64,000 bases of DNA from Podarcis cretensis (taxonomy: Eukaryota): the NCBI GenBank assembly GCA_951804945.1, contig OX638161.1, positions 23,126,001 through 23,190,000 of the forward strand. Direction: 5' to 3'. Shown piece by piece: positions 24,932-38,749 of this stretch (the stretch's first letter is position 1; every line of letters begins with the position of its first letter). The notes under the pieces were generated by a model. That model was not told where the DNA came from. It was given only the letters and a program-made list of their open reading frames with translations, and did no database searches. Position numbers and translations under genes: made by a program.

Positions 24932-25922
24932 GTACATACTCCTTTTTAAAATTTGCATCTTCTATCTATATCTACTCTTCTCTCTCTCTCTCTCTCTCTC
25001 TTTATATATAGGAATATATATGAAATATGTTATTGGCAGGGCAGACAGGGCATGGGGGATGGGAGGTGGAAATGGAGCACAATCGCCTGGGAAGACAGCC
25101 TCCGTGTGTCTTTTTATGGCTTCCCTTTCTGCTTCCCATCAGAAAGTGCCTTTAGTTATTATTTTTTAATTAATTTAATTTAAAAGGGAGGGAAAGTCTG
25201 ATTTAGGAGAGGTTTTCTGAAAATGTTTCCCTCTTGAAAAATAAAATAAAATAACGCAGACGTAGCATGGTATCTGGGTGACAGGACCTAGTGCTAGAAG
25301 TAACCACATTATAATATTCAGAGACCTGAGAATAAGAGTAGTCGTGGCAGCAGCAGTCATAATGGGCTTTTAAAATACCAGGAGTTGAAGAGGTAGGAGG
25401 AAAGGAAAGGGTAGACTGGTTTGTGGGGAAGAAGAAAAACAGTGCTGTTTGTGGGCACAGATGGGTCTGTCAAACATCTCCTCTTGCCGCCGCCACCACC
25501 CCACATTATAGTGTCTGTTGTGACAATGTGGGATAATGGCAAACTCTTTCCCCCTCCCCTCCCCCACGGTAAAAACGGATGGACGTTGCCAAGGAGGATC
25601 TGAGCGGCAGAGTTCGAAGGGTGAGGGAATATCGACTCGCTTAACACGCCGATGCTAAATGCATTTGGGTGGAGAAAGGAAGCCCCAAGGATTTCAGTGT
25701 GGAAGTTGCTTCCAGCGAAGTGTAGCTAGCTAGTGTCAAGGGGGTGGGCAAGTCAGTTCCAGGGCGAAGGGGAGGCACGGGAACGTACGACCAAACTGGT
25801 AGTCCCTCGCCTCCCTTCCTCTCTGCTCGCCTGTGTATGTTTCCCCATTTTGATTATATTGGTGTACAGTATAAGCAGAAAGAGACAGGGAGATACTATT
25901 AAGGCTTAGAGCGTCAGCGTCA

Positions 25923-26013
25923 GGCTGCCATCCTGTCCACCCCTTCCCTAGAAGTAGGCATTACTGAAGCCAGTGGGGTTTACTCCCGAGTAAACCTGCA
26001 AACGCTGGAGTTG
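25923..26013. mobile_element. Decayed MITE-like element, family A, in HOXB5 intron
   Basis: ggctgccatcct...gaagtaggcattactgaagccagtggggtttactcccgagtaaacctgca. Confidence 0.5.
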
Positions 26014-26286
26014 TGGAAATGTCTAAACTTGTTATAGGGTCAAGGAAAAGGATGCCCCGCAGGAGGGGTTGGGGTGGGGACATCGTGATACTGGCACATA
26101 TTTTTTTTCAAAAAAAATGGGTGGAATTCAGGTTCGGAGCTATAGAATCAAAATGAAGTCACGGAGAAGGGAATAAAGGAAAAGTGCTAAGGTGGTTGGG
26201 GCGTGATTTTTGCAAGTAAGCTGGGGTGAGCTTTTCCAACTGAGCAGGAAACTTGTCGAATAATCTCTCTGGCATAGTTGTAATAA

Positions 26287-26583
<297 letters not shown>

Positions 26584-27538
26584 ATTATATCAAGGGGGGA
26601 ATAGTAAGAAATAGAAGTGTGGGGCGGGGGGGGGGAGAAGTAAAGAAAGAAAGAAAGTGAGAAAGTTTAAAACTAAAACTAAAAAAAAAAAAAGCAACAG
26701 CCAGTCTTTTTTTTTTAAGTTTGGAGTACTGTAAAGTGAAGCACTTTCCATTCAGCATGCTGTTGGTTGATTTATTATAATTATTGTTATTAAACAACTT
26801 CGGTGGTACTGTTATTCCAGGACTGTGTCCTTTGCTACGATTTCCCCCCTCTAAATTAAAGTAAATAAAATAAAGTTATTTCCAGAGGCTTCTTTAATGC
26901 TTTAGGTGTTCTAAATGTTTGTGTCTGTGCTATAAATGACGCTTTCTGGAAAAAGCTAGCATGTTTTTTTTGTTTTTTGTTTTTTAACGTGCTCTTTAAA
27001 TGTTATAACTTATTTATAAACCACTGCGGAGAAGGAAAGATGGCTCCTTTAAAAAGTTTAAGCTTTGTGGGGAGAGCTTTCCTTCTTCTCCAGTCGGGCT
27101 ATCCTGTACTTCAATGTCAGAGGAAAAAAAATAAAAACATCAACCACAACAAACTTTTTTTAAAAAAAGAAAAAAAAATACAATATATCTATATATATAA
27201 GCTCATGTATCTTTCTGTCTTTGGAATTGTCAAGTCTGTGATTTGGTTCATATTTCCTGGCCTTGTTTTGATCCTAGGCCAGTTCTGAAACTTCTTCTTT
27301 TTTTTAAATAAATGTGAGTGAAGTTCACTTAAAAAGGGTATACGATTGGACCAACCATAGTATGTTGAAAATGTTTGTAAATACTAGAAATACTTCTGCA
27401 GTGACTAATAGGAAGTTTTAGTGGACAGGGTGAATTCAGTGTTCTGTGTGTCTGAAATGGCATTTGTCATGTTAGCTGCCTGTTCCCATCTTCGCCAAGA
27501 AGCTTTTCGTATCCGTTTGTAGCCTTAACTTGAAGTCA

Positions 27539-27544
27539 AATAAA
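27539..27544 (+). terminator. Probable distal HOXB5 polyadenylation signal
   Basis: AATAAA ending a high-complexity UTR block (27300-27545); a more proximal AATAAA lies near 27306. Confidence 0.5.
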
Positions 27545-28564
27545 CGTTTCTCCTGACCAGAAAAAAACACACCCACCATCTTTTGTGTTTCTTTATACCA
27601 CGGCGATGGAAAATCTCGGCCCTAAAGTTACTCCTAAGCGAAATACAAACTTAAAAAAAAACAACCACCTCCACCACAGAAAGTGTCTTCACAACCCGTA
27701 TGGCCCATCTGCCAGGTTCTCCACCAGGACACTTCCCCAACCTTACGAGGGAAGGGTACAAAATCGCCTCGTTTCAGTCGGTGCTGTTGCTGAACAGGAA
27801 ACACACAACCCAAAGGGAAAAAAGAAAGAAAGAAAGAAAACAAGCCAGTTGTTATGTTCTCAAACTTTGCTTCCTGCCTTATACGCTCCGACCCTGACCA
27901 CGTTTACTTGGCAATAAGACCCCCCATTTATTCCAGTGGCCTTTACTTCCAAGTAACCGTGCTGAGAACAGCAGCCATCAAGTCCATAAACCAAACATTT
28001 GGGAGAAGAAGTGAAGTGGTCATAACATGAAACAAATGCCCTCTGAGCTGCAGAGCTAATATGCTATTAGCTGTTTTATATTCTTATTAATATTACTACT
28101 ATATTCCTTCACATACAAGTACAAACACTCTCTCGCAGGGAGTCTTAAACTCAACACAGAAATGCACAGTTGCCTTAACTTTAGAATTGTTTTCATTACG
28201 CATAGTTTACACAACATCTTTGCGCCGACCTTTCCTTATTACTAGCCTGGGATTCGTCCTTCCCTTAAACCAAAGCGCTACCAGTAAATTCTGTTTGTTG
28301 AAACGAGGAGATAAATAGCTGCTGATCTCCTTAAATTATAATTTACAGCGCTCTCTCTCTCGCTGACTCTCTTGTACGAATTAAAATCGGTCTTGTGAAC
28401 TTACCCCAAACTCTTTGGTTACTTCTTAAGTGGTTTTGAGAGGACTGGGATGTGAGTTGTCATTTCCAAAACAACCCATTTTCTCGCCTTCCCTTGAATA
28501 CACAGAGTCTCTCTCTCACACACACATATATTTTACCCATAGCAAAGTAAGTAAGTATACCAAA

Positions 28565-28770
28565 AGTGGCTGTGACATTAAGATGTCAAATGGATAGGGT
28601 TTTATCTAGAAGTTAGATCGTAAAAATCGCCCAGACCTCAGCCAGATACCCCTCACTGGCTCTCAAAAGTCACGTGAGGTCCATAAAGTTAGTTTTATGG
28701 TTTTGGGGAGTTGACAATGTACAATATATTTCACATTCTCCAGAATGTTAAGTGACATTTTAACTGCCTG
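28565..28770 (+). promoter_or_regulatory. Conserved non-coding block 3' of HOXB5, promoter-like
   Basis: gatcgtaaaaatcg...aaaagtcacgtgaggtccataaagttagttttatggttttggggagttgacaatgtacaatatatttcacattc; E-box 28671-28676, inverted CCATAAA/TTTATGG pair; recognised from memory as conserved 3' of Hox5 genes. Confidence 0.75.
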
Positions 28771-31700
28771 CTTTGGCTTGGAGAGGGGCAGGAATGGGAG
28801 ATCACTTTTCCAGGCTAGATAAAGGCTTCTCCATTGCTGGAACAGGAAGCATTGATGGTTCAGTGTTTACTCCAGAGGACTTAGAAACTGCTAAGCTTAA
28901 AGTAAGTTTCTCTTGAAATACTATCTGGTTAAATGACTTTTAAAAGGCTAGATTGCTAGAGATTGGGCGGGGGGGAGGGATTCTCGTCTCTCTTTCCAGC
29001 TTGCTTCTGTACAGTCTTAGCTAAATGAATGTTAAGGCCCCAGTACTCCCTTGGAGTGGCCCACGTTATGTATGTATGTATGTATGTATGTATATAGGCA
29101 TATGGTTAGCAGAAGAAGAGGAAATAAGATGAAGCGTTCCATCTCGATGAATGGCGATGTCACTACGGAGTGCTCCAAGGATTTTGCTCGAGGGAGAGAG
29201 GGGATTATGTATGACAACTTCGCTGAGGTCCTTGGTAGCTCTTGTAAAGCACTTTGCGGGTGTATTCGGGTCTTGGGCGTGTATTGATGTCTAGGTCTTA
29301 AGCACACTTACTTAGAAGTGATTCCTATCAGAATCAGTAGGATTGATTTCGACGGCTTGCTTTCAACAGAGGCTGTTCTGTCTGCGTCTGCCTGTGTGTC
29401 CTGTGTGTGCGCACGCTGGGAAAGCAAAATGTAGACTTTGAGAGACACTCTTGCTTTTTAACCGCGCGCGTGTGTGTGTATTCCTGAATAACTTACCGTC
29501 AGAACATTGGACGTTCACAATTTAAATCCCCCTCCCCAATCTTTAGTATTTCTGTCGTTCGGGACGTTTCCTTTGGCCTCCCAACCCCCACACCCCATTT
29601 TACAAGGTATCTTCCTTCGCTTCCTCGGTATATTAGTAATTTTCCACATGTTGCTGCTAACCATGGCCTGGGAAGTTCTCCTGCGCAAGCCTGGTGGAAA
29701 TGAAGATCAAAGAGCATGTACTTTCCCGTGGATAGTGTCCTATGTGGTGCGTCCCCGTGTCTTGTGCAACTCCCTGCTATGCATATTTTCCCCCCCGGAA
29801 GTAAGCACCGTGATCAAGTTGGGCTTACTTCCAAGTCAATGTGCCCAGGCTAGTTGCTTGGCTGATATAAAGGTGGAAGAGACTGCGGTTTGTTAAATGG
29901 GACAGGTTTCCATCTCGCCCACTTATGGAATCTTCTCTGTCCGAAGCAAGGCGCCTTTGGAAAAGGGAAATGAGTTTTTTTGGAGGAGGGGAGAGATACT
30001 GCTCCATGCCCCATAAATGTTTGAAACTTCCCGTTTCTTCCGTCCAAATAGAAAAGGTTCATCATAAAGGTAGCAGAGGCTTTCCAGATGGGGCCTAATC
30101 CAGATGCTGATCAATGAATGTAAAAAATCCTCTTGTCTTGAGGATGCTTTAAGCATAAACATCCAGCACTTGACCTAAAGCTGTTTGAATCTGGACTTTA
30201 ACGCGATTATACCAAAGAGCTTTAGAAACTTCTATTTACTGTTGTTGTTGGATCAGCCAAATGAAATATTTTAAAACACAGGGAGGGAGTGGGACAAACC
30301 TTGTTTGAGTTTTGAAGCTTGCTTGCTTCTTACGTTCAGGAATAAGGGGCTGTATAGGATCTTCAGTCCTGGACTTAGATAAGAAGGAGCCTCAGGGCTT
30401 CAAAATGACAGCTGCATTCCATAGGCTTCAATGGTATATGCAGTCTTCTCCTATGCAAACCTATGCACACTTATATCTGGGGTATATCCCACTGTGCTTT
30501 GAGAGCTTACCTCCGAATAAAGTAGCACAGAACTGAAATGTAAATTGTGTGTTGGCGTTTAAAAACAAACAAACCACAAACTCATTCGGACCGATGAAAT
30601 GAGATGTTGACTCTGCTGTAACCTCGCTACCAGCCCTTCTTCTTTATGCTACCTTGCTCCTCTTCATTTTAATGAAAATTACTAGTAAATCAGAGATTCA
30701 AAGAGGCCTTGCTTTTCCATAAGCAGAGCAGTTTCTAACTGATTTGTAGGCATTGTGGGTTTTGGGGTGTTGTGTGGTTTTTTTTTTGCATATTTCCGCA
30801 CCCGCTTTCAAAAATGAGCTGGTGCGAAGGTACCATTTTCCAACCTGAATTATCTCTCACAAGTTCCATTTAAAAGAATGGGGCCTAGGCAAGAACACTA
30901 TTCATTGAAATAGACTTTAAGTAAGTAACCCTGCTGGATGAACTCTGGTGGTTTTGTGGGTTAAATAATATTTTCCAAGTGTTATATTCCCCCTTTCCTC
31001 CCTCCCCCCTCCATTGCTTGAAGCTAGGATCTTTAGGGCTGTGTAACATTTGGTAGACACATGTCTTTCGGTGCAGGATAAAAGGGACCACTTTTGCTGC
31101 TTCTCCCTTCCTACAACATTAAGACCATCCTTCCTCCTGTTTCTGAAGACTGTCCCCTATTGACTCTGTGCCCTTCTCTGAGAGCAGGATCTGAGAACAC
31201 ACTTGACTACAGTTGTGCAATGTGTCTGGTGATGGTGGCTTGCTGGCTTGAATGGGGAAAGACCATATTCTCTAAAACCTTACTCCGAATGTCTCTCAGT
31301 ACATAATACAGTACACCTTTGTTCTTCTGAAAAAACCCCTTTGGAGTTATGACCCACCTATCCTTAAGCACATCCTACTCCCATATAATTCAGCTGAAGA
31401 GTTAGGCAGTTGCGTAAATATATTCCATTGAATTAAATGGAACTTTAACCTTGACTGGATCGTGCTCTTGAACACGAAATAAATGAGTCAAACTTTAGGG
31501 GCTGCCACAAGCCAGCTTACACACGCATGCACACCTGTAAAATAGATAGATACATCTCCACAGAATGAGAGAGAAAGGAATGCTACCCGTTTAGGTTCGC
31601 AGGCTGTGCGCCAGTCATGCACTCTTATCTGCTCTATGAAATACTGCTGTCTCATCGAATCTGTATCTGGTCTCAGGAAGGACGCCGACGTTTGGTATGG

Positions 31701-33825
31701 GCGCTCATACACATATATGAACGACATTGCTTTCCATTCCGGCCAATTTATTGGCACTGGGACACTGGCCAATAATCCAGACTATGGGCACGGAGTGAAG
31801 GAGTAATACCTATGGATGGGAAGAATGGAGATCTCTGGTTTCCAGGGTCGGAAAACAGAGGACCTTATTGCTAAGGAGTTTCTCCATTCCATGAACCTCC
31901 CTTTCTTCCTATCCAGTCCACACTTCTCTCTTTGCATGTTTGTGATTTATCTGCCTGTACGATGAATCCCCACGCCTATGCACCTACATACCTACATTTC
32001 TCATTTGCGTATTGCGGCATATGTGGCAGGAAGGCTTGCGATCCTATGCAGGCTGACACTGCAGTCTTAACCACGCCTGAGTAAAGTCCTATTGCACTCA
32101 AATTCAATACGTAAGTGGGGTTAGGTAAGTTGGGGGAGTATGTTCTTTGCAACTCAGTGTGCCATACTTCCGAGGAAACATGCCTAGGATTACGCTGCAG
32201 GACTGCTATCCCACACAGCCAAGGCAAGAAGGGCATCCTATCAGGATGATACCTGCGGTGTCTCAAGAGAACCAGGTCCAGCGTCCCATCCCTAGCACCT
32301 CGTTTGATCCTGGCCGTTGTGTTTGTTGGGCTGATTCCATCCGGTTCCATTTTAATGGGAAGGGCATTCCGTGCGTCGAAAGAAAGACGGCACAAGGGAG
32401 GCCACCCCTTCATAAGGGTGACGGGTGGGTGTTTCCCTTGCTTCTGTCCTGCCCAAAACATCTAAAGAAGGGAAAGTAGAATCATCTCAGAATAATCTGT
32501 TAAGCCTGGCCACTGATCCGCAGTCCTAAAGCTGACCTCCCTTCCCCGCCCCCCTGTTAAATCCTTTCCACAAGCTAGAACTGTCCCAACAGAGGAGGCA
32601 AAATTCTTTAGGTTTTCTGTGCATATTCTCTGTTCATCTGCATTCAGAGTTAAGTCAAAGATTCCCTTCTATAACTCACTTTTCTTCTCCTGGTGTGTTT
32701 TCCAAAGTTGCTTTTCTTTCTCCACAAACCCCAGTGTTTATTATGGCCAGTGGGAGTTTATAGTAAGGAAAAGTAGAAATTCCTCTCTTATCTTTTTCTT
32801 CCTATTCTTGTTCCTTGTTCTTAGTTTGTTTGCTTTTCCCTGCAACGGCTTGAGAAAGTCTTCATGGGAGAGTAAACAGGAAGGCAATTCTTCCTAGATA
32901 CAAGAGGGTTTCACCAGAAAATACTACTCACCTCCAATTGCCTATCGTTGTTTATTATTATTATTATTATTAGCAGTAGTGAAATTTCATTATATACAAT
33001 GTAAACAAGAAACACTAGTCGTATATACAGCATATCTAGATAATATCATATTCTATATAATTCTATACAATGGAGTTTGCATTATTAATAATAATAATAA
33101 TAATATTTTCTCTTCACGAATTCTGCAAATCCGAATTATATTTGGTCTTTTGAAGTTTCTCCCTGCAATTTTTTTCTCTTTTCATGATATCACGCAGTGG
33201 AGAAGTTGCTACTACTGAACAAGATTCAGGGGTGGGTAGTAGGAGGAGTCGAAAATCGTCCATTCCAAACAGGAGGAAGTGAAAATTAAGACACATTGGT
33301 TTCAATAATATTGGTTAGGTACAGTGTCCGGGGGTATTTAGGACTGTGGCTTTTCTTTTCTTTCTTTTTTGTACACCTCTGCTAGTAAAGTTATTGTAAC
33401 AGTGATGGTGAATTTCAAGAGTAGTAGTAGTCTGCTACTGTAATTAGCAGTTGTACATAATAAACTGCACACACATCCTCCCTGCCCCTCCCCCAAAGAT
33501 CCCAGACCTTCCCAAAACAGAAGTGGGCCTTTTATGCATCCTGTTCGAATCTTTCCCAATTAATCTTTCCAGCCTATCCTCACAAATTGTGAAGGGGGGG
33601 TGTTGGGGAGGAGGAGACAATCTGCTCCAGACCAGCCAATATACACCTCTCTAAGTAGTACGTTTGTCAGGCGACAATAGTTGACTTCTTGACCACAAAA
33701 GGTCAGATCCAATGTTCTTTGAAGTCAATGGATAAACTCCCCTTGAACTCTGTTGGCCTCATGATAACCAGTCCACCCTATTCATTGCAGGCGCATGTGT
33801 GTGTATAAACCATTGTATGAATACC

Positions 33826-33900
<75 letters not shown>

Positions 33901-34477
33901 AACACGACCTTATAGCCATCTACTTACTATGCATGAGCATAACCTGCACAGATATTTATATAGATAGCTAAAGAAATAGATTTACTAAACTGGCCACAAA
34001 GCTTTTACATCTGGATAGAGTGGAGAAGTGTCTCTAAAATATTTGCTTTGTGGCTTGCAGGCACCTCAGCCCTACTTTGAAGCAATTGTCATGTAATGTG
34101 TTGTGGGAGAGCAGATTCAAGCACTTATGCCATGCAGAATTTTTGGCATTCCAAGCTTTTGCACAGATGTTTGGTTAAATGTATACATTTAACTTGCAAG
34201 CTTTTCCACATGCCTGTGGTGATACCCAACTCTAAGGTTATTGTTTATCAGGGCCGTAGACAAATGGATATTTAAGAACAAAGTGAAGTGGTTTATTTCC
34301 CCCCTGTCAGCTGCTGGGAATACACCTCCTATCCAAAATTGGGCCCTGAACTCACATCTTACAAGATGATGGCATGTGTAGCAAAGTGTGTAGAAGGACT
34401 TTGATAGCGGGTGTGTGTTATTTTCCTTTCTTTTAGTAAACTGTATAGCAATGGTGGAGACAGTCTCTCTTCGCTTA

Positions 34478-34563
34478 CAGTGCAACCCTAGCCATACATA
34501 TTCAGAAGTAGTTCCCGTTGAGTTCAATGGGACTCTCAGGGATGTGTGTCTAAGACTGCACAC
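34478..34563. mobile_element. MITE-like element, family A
   Basis: tta|cagtgcaacccta...cagaagtagttcccgttgagttcaatgggac...aagactgcacac; internally deleted copy at 34920-34995. Confidence 0.6.
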
Positions 34564-35583
34564 TTCCAAAAGCAAGAGGCAGAGAAAAGGATGCAGATAA
34601 TCGCATAAGAATTTATGTTTGCTCCCGATTTCTGTCTTCTACCTGTACCCAAGTCAAATAACAGAATGGATCTTCCAGAGGTACTAATGGCGGAAATGAG
34701 GGGTTTAAGACCATATTATGTTGCTAAAAACTGTTTTAATTCGGATATAGGAGGGGACTTTTTTGTATTATTTTTTTTAAGTACCCGGCCACAGGCACTA
34801 GAAGCAAAAATAAAACAGGACCTCGATTCCACCAACCTGAGCACTTTAAAATGCCATTTAGTTCAACGGGAGAGATTCAGGCACCTGCTTCATTCCATCA
34901 ATAAAACCAAGGGGACTTAAACTGTAATCCTATCAATACCAACCTGTGAGTAAGCCCCACTGAACACAGTGTGAGTCATGTATGAGATTGCACTGCATAA
35001 TGATCTTAACTTTGGCTGTAGGATGCCATAGGTGTCTGTCTGTCTCGCTATTTCTACACTCCCTCCCACCCACATAATGTTCATTATTATATCTCTCTTT
35101 GCCCAACTAGGCATCATTTCATGGTGCAAGAGTGGTTGCTGAATTGTCTCGAGTTTGTTCCATCCCCCCTTTAAAAAGCCCTGTAATCCGGATTAAAACA
35201 CCAAAGAAAAAATACCGCCCCTATTCTTCTTGATTTAAAAATAAGCTGGCGGGTTTACGATTGTTTAAAACAACTGGTTTTAAAAAGCAGTTTTGCTCTT
35301 TTAACTATAAGGTCCTTCTCTCTCTCTCTCTCTCTCTCTCTCCTTTACCAGAAGAGAAAAGGAGAGGGATTAAAATCTGTGAAAGGATTTTAATTAAGAA
35401 AATTAAATGAAAAGGGGGCACAAATGAGTTGTCTTGAGGGGAGGGGGGAGAGGGCGCGAGCAGGAAGCAAAGCAAAGCTATTCTAAACGATTAAATCGCC
35501 ATTTTAACAGTGTAATGGGGTTTGCATACTGAAAGAAGGGGGGGAACGGTCCTTATAGCTCATCAATAATTCATAGGAACTCG

Positions 35584-35600
35584 GGATCATTCCCAGGTCA
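35584..35600 (+). promoter_or_regulatory. DR5 retinoic acid response element, DE-RARE-like
   Basis: GGATCA-ttccc-AGGTCA followed by gcagac, between HOXB5 and miR-10a. Half-sites match the mouse HoxB distal-element RARE as recalled; adjacent CATCAATAATTCAT Pbx/Hox-like motif. Confidence 0.8.
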
Positions 35601-37904
35601 GCAGACAGAGAGGTAAAGAGCAGCATCTATATAGGAGAACCCCTCTTCTTCTCCCCCACCCCGCCCCCGCCTGCCCGCCCCAAATCAAAATGCAATGGGT
35701 GACTCTTCCTCAAGTACTTGGGGGGAGAGTCTCATTTTAAGGCTCATGTTTTAGTGGTCTTTCACAACCATCCACGCCTTCTGTAAGCTCTCCTTCCAAA
35801 TTTCCACAATTCGGAACCACATTCGGTTTGTTGAAATTAAAACAAAGCAAAAACACAAAAACACGCCACAGCTGAAATTAAGAACAAACGAATGAGCACC
35901 CATTCTGGTTTGACCAAGTATATGCAGACAAGAACATAGTCGAGAGGATGGGTGGCATGGCCTGGACAGAATCTAATCTCAAACATTGTTTTCTGGGCAG
36001 CCCCTGGCAAGCCGCTGTCACTCAGCGTTAGTCTCCCTCCAGTCTGTAGAAAAGAGAACAACGATGATAGCCTGGGATGTTGTTGAAAAGGTGAGAAGTG
36101 AAAAATACTTTGCTGGGGGGGGAGGGAGTGTTAAGGGGAGAAGATATAGCCGGCTAGATGACGTGGAGAAGCAAGTTTTCGTAGGTGTTTACCCGCACAC
36201 GCCTTGTTAGAAGAGGAAACGAATATCACCACTCTCCTGATTGCTTCAAACACGCTTCAAAATATTCATGGGAGCTATTCCCAAGCAAATAGAGGTGATA
36301 GAGATGATACCAACTAGTGCTTGAGTTTGCTTGTTTTCTTCTTCCCTCCTCCTCTATTTTTCCTTACTATTGTAAACCGCTTTGACTGCATTGGCGTTGC
36401 TACATAAATGTGTTGCTTGGTTGGTGCTTGGATGGACGGACAAAAGAAAGTAAGTAAGACTGAGGTATCGTTTATATGAGATTATATATTTATTACTCCC
36501 TAATAAATCATTTGACCTATAGAAACACGTTGCCGACTTGGTTTCTGGGGGATGAAGGTTTGATCAGATGACATGATAGTACCAACATCTGTTAACAGGG
36601 TAATTGATCAGCACGTGCATATTCTTCATCCAAAGGTCACAGCCCTCTGTTCCTTCCACACATGAAATAAACGTTAACTTTGAAGATGACAGTTTTGATT
36701 TGTGTCTCATAAGAAATCAACAGCTCCTGAACAGTTTTAATGCTCTTTCCCAAGTATATCACTCCGTCTCACTGCCCCAAATTTATCCATATATATGTGT
36801 GAGGGTTGGGTGCCTTAAAGGAATTTAGAAGATCTTCCTTCCACGATTCTGTCCTTCCTCTCTTGGGCTGCTTTATTTAAAACAACAGCAGTGCAATTAG
36901 AATGAAATGTTCATTCTGCTTTGCTAAATCGGGGGAGGCAATCACGTTACAAAAAGGGCGCAACTCTTGGGTGCTTCCCCACGGTTGTCATACTCAGAGT
37001 AGACCCACTAAAATCAGTGGACTTGAGTAATTTAAGTGTTTATCCTGAGTGTGGCTCAATACACCTCAAAATATTGCATCTCATGAAGGGGGTTCTTGTA
37101 TGTTCCGTGGTCGCTCCCAGAACCTAAGCCCAAGTGAAACCCAATGGGAATGCCTCGCAACTAAGAGTGCGTAGGATTGCAACTTAAGCCAGTTCAGTTC
37201 TGGACTCTAAAGGGCCCCAACTCCGCAAGTTTTTATTTCGGGTTGTTGTTGTTCCTGGCTTGGGTGCAAACTAACACTACCTGATCTTTTGGGATTTATT
37301 GAAACACAGTTTAATGAAGGTCCTGCTGCTGTTTCGCAGATGGAGGCACAAAAAAAGGCAAACTTCCCTTAAAATAAACTATGCGAAGTATTATATCGGT
37401 GTGCGAAAGAGGGGGGTGGGGTGGCGAGATTGGAATTGGGGGGGGGGCGGAAATCTCAAAAGCTTGTAACAACTCAGTATAACCAGCAGAGCCCGCTTCA
37501 GACCAATCCACCGCAGCTATCCAGGGTCACTTCCTGAGCCTTTCTGGCGAGCTCTTTGAAGAAGTCTTCATTTATCCCCCAGGAAGCTTCGCCCAAATGC
37601 ACGGCGAACCCCGCCCTCCCCACTGCGGGGTGGGGGGAGCCGCGAGCCACCTTCTGCAACCGTGCAGCTCCCCAGCACTAAAACGGCGAAAACAGGGCGC
37701 TCTGCTATTGCAGCAGGGTAACTCTCAAATTGGCAAATAAAAGAAAAACTGGTTCTCAAGGCGTCGAGCCCAGCTGTCCTTTTCTTCCAGTTCCCTCCCC
37801 ACCCCCCAGCACGCAGCACCCTTTTAAAGTGTGGTTTGGGAGGAGGGGGTGGATATAGGGATTGGAGGTGGGTTGCAAACGCTGAGTGAAATGAGGGGAA
37901 AACG

Positions 37905-37905
37905 A

Positions 37906-37954
<49 letters not shown>
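37905..37954 (+). repeat. (AAAG)n microsatellite
   Basis: About 12 units; another tract at about 54031-54070. Confidence 0.95.
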
Positions 37955-37956
<2 letters not shown>

Positions 37957-38714
37957 TCTGCGCAGGTTCTGAAGACTAGGAGAGGTGAATATGGTCGTTG
38001 GTAGATTGGATAGAACGCCATTATAGCTCCGAGGGGTCAAAAAGGCGAGGGTCAAAAGTTTAGGCGGTGCGAGACCCGGTCTTGTGTTTGAGGCTGATAG
38101 ACTGGATGTCAGTGCTAAAGAGGAGAGGGAGGGGGGAGGGGAGGGGGAGGGAGAAGGGTGATGGTGTAGCGTGGGGGGGAGGGGAAGAGACCTTGCTTGT
38201 TTACTGGCTAGGGATGAGAGAATACGATCGCGAGGTAAGAGTTAGAAGTGTAGAGAGAGGCGACTCAAAATGTTACAGAGCTGCTGTCTATAAAAGGGAG
38301 ACAAGGTGGAGCTGGGAGGCTGGGGGCAGGCAGGTTAGCTGGGATGATGAGGTGGTAGTATTTTGAGCTTGATGTTGGGGGTGCCTTGGGTCGATCTCTC
38401 TCTCTCTTTCTAACTAACTAACTACTGTACTGAACAGTTTGGGCTCTGTGCCGCAGGCAGTTCTTCCTGGGTAAGGGCCATTAGAGTGAATGGACACTAC
38501 GCAGGATCGGGGCAGTGCTTTCATTCATTCACCACAATGGCGTTTGCGCATAAGAGCTTCCTGCTGGATCACAACCTTCTAGTCGGCGCAGATTTAGAAC
38601 ACACACGTTTATTCTTTTGAACAGTTTCCTTTTCTGTACAAGCTCTTTAACTGCTGTGATCATCTATGTATACTATAAATTAAAGAGCTATAATATATTA
38701 ATTCAATAACGTGG

Positions 38715-38749
<35 letters not shown>

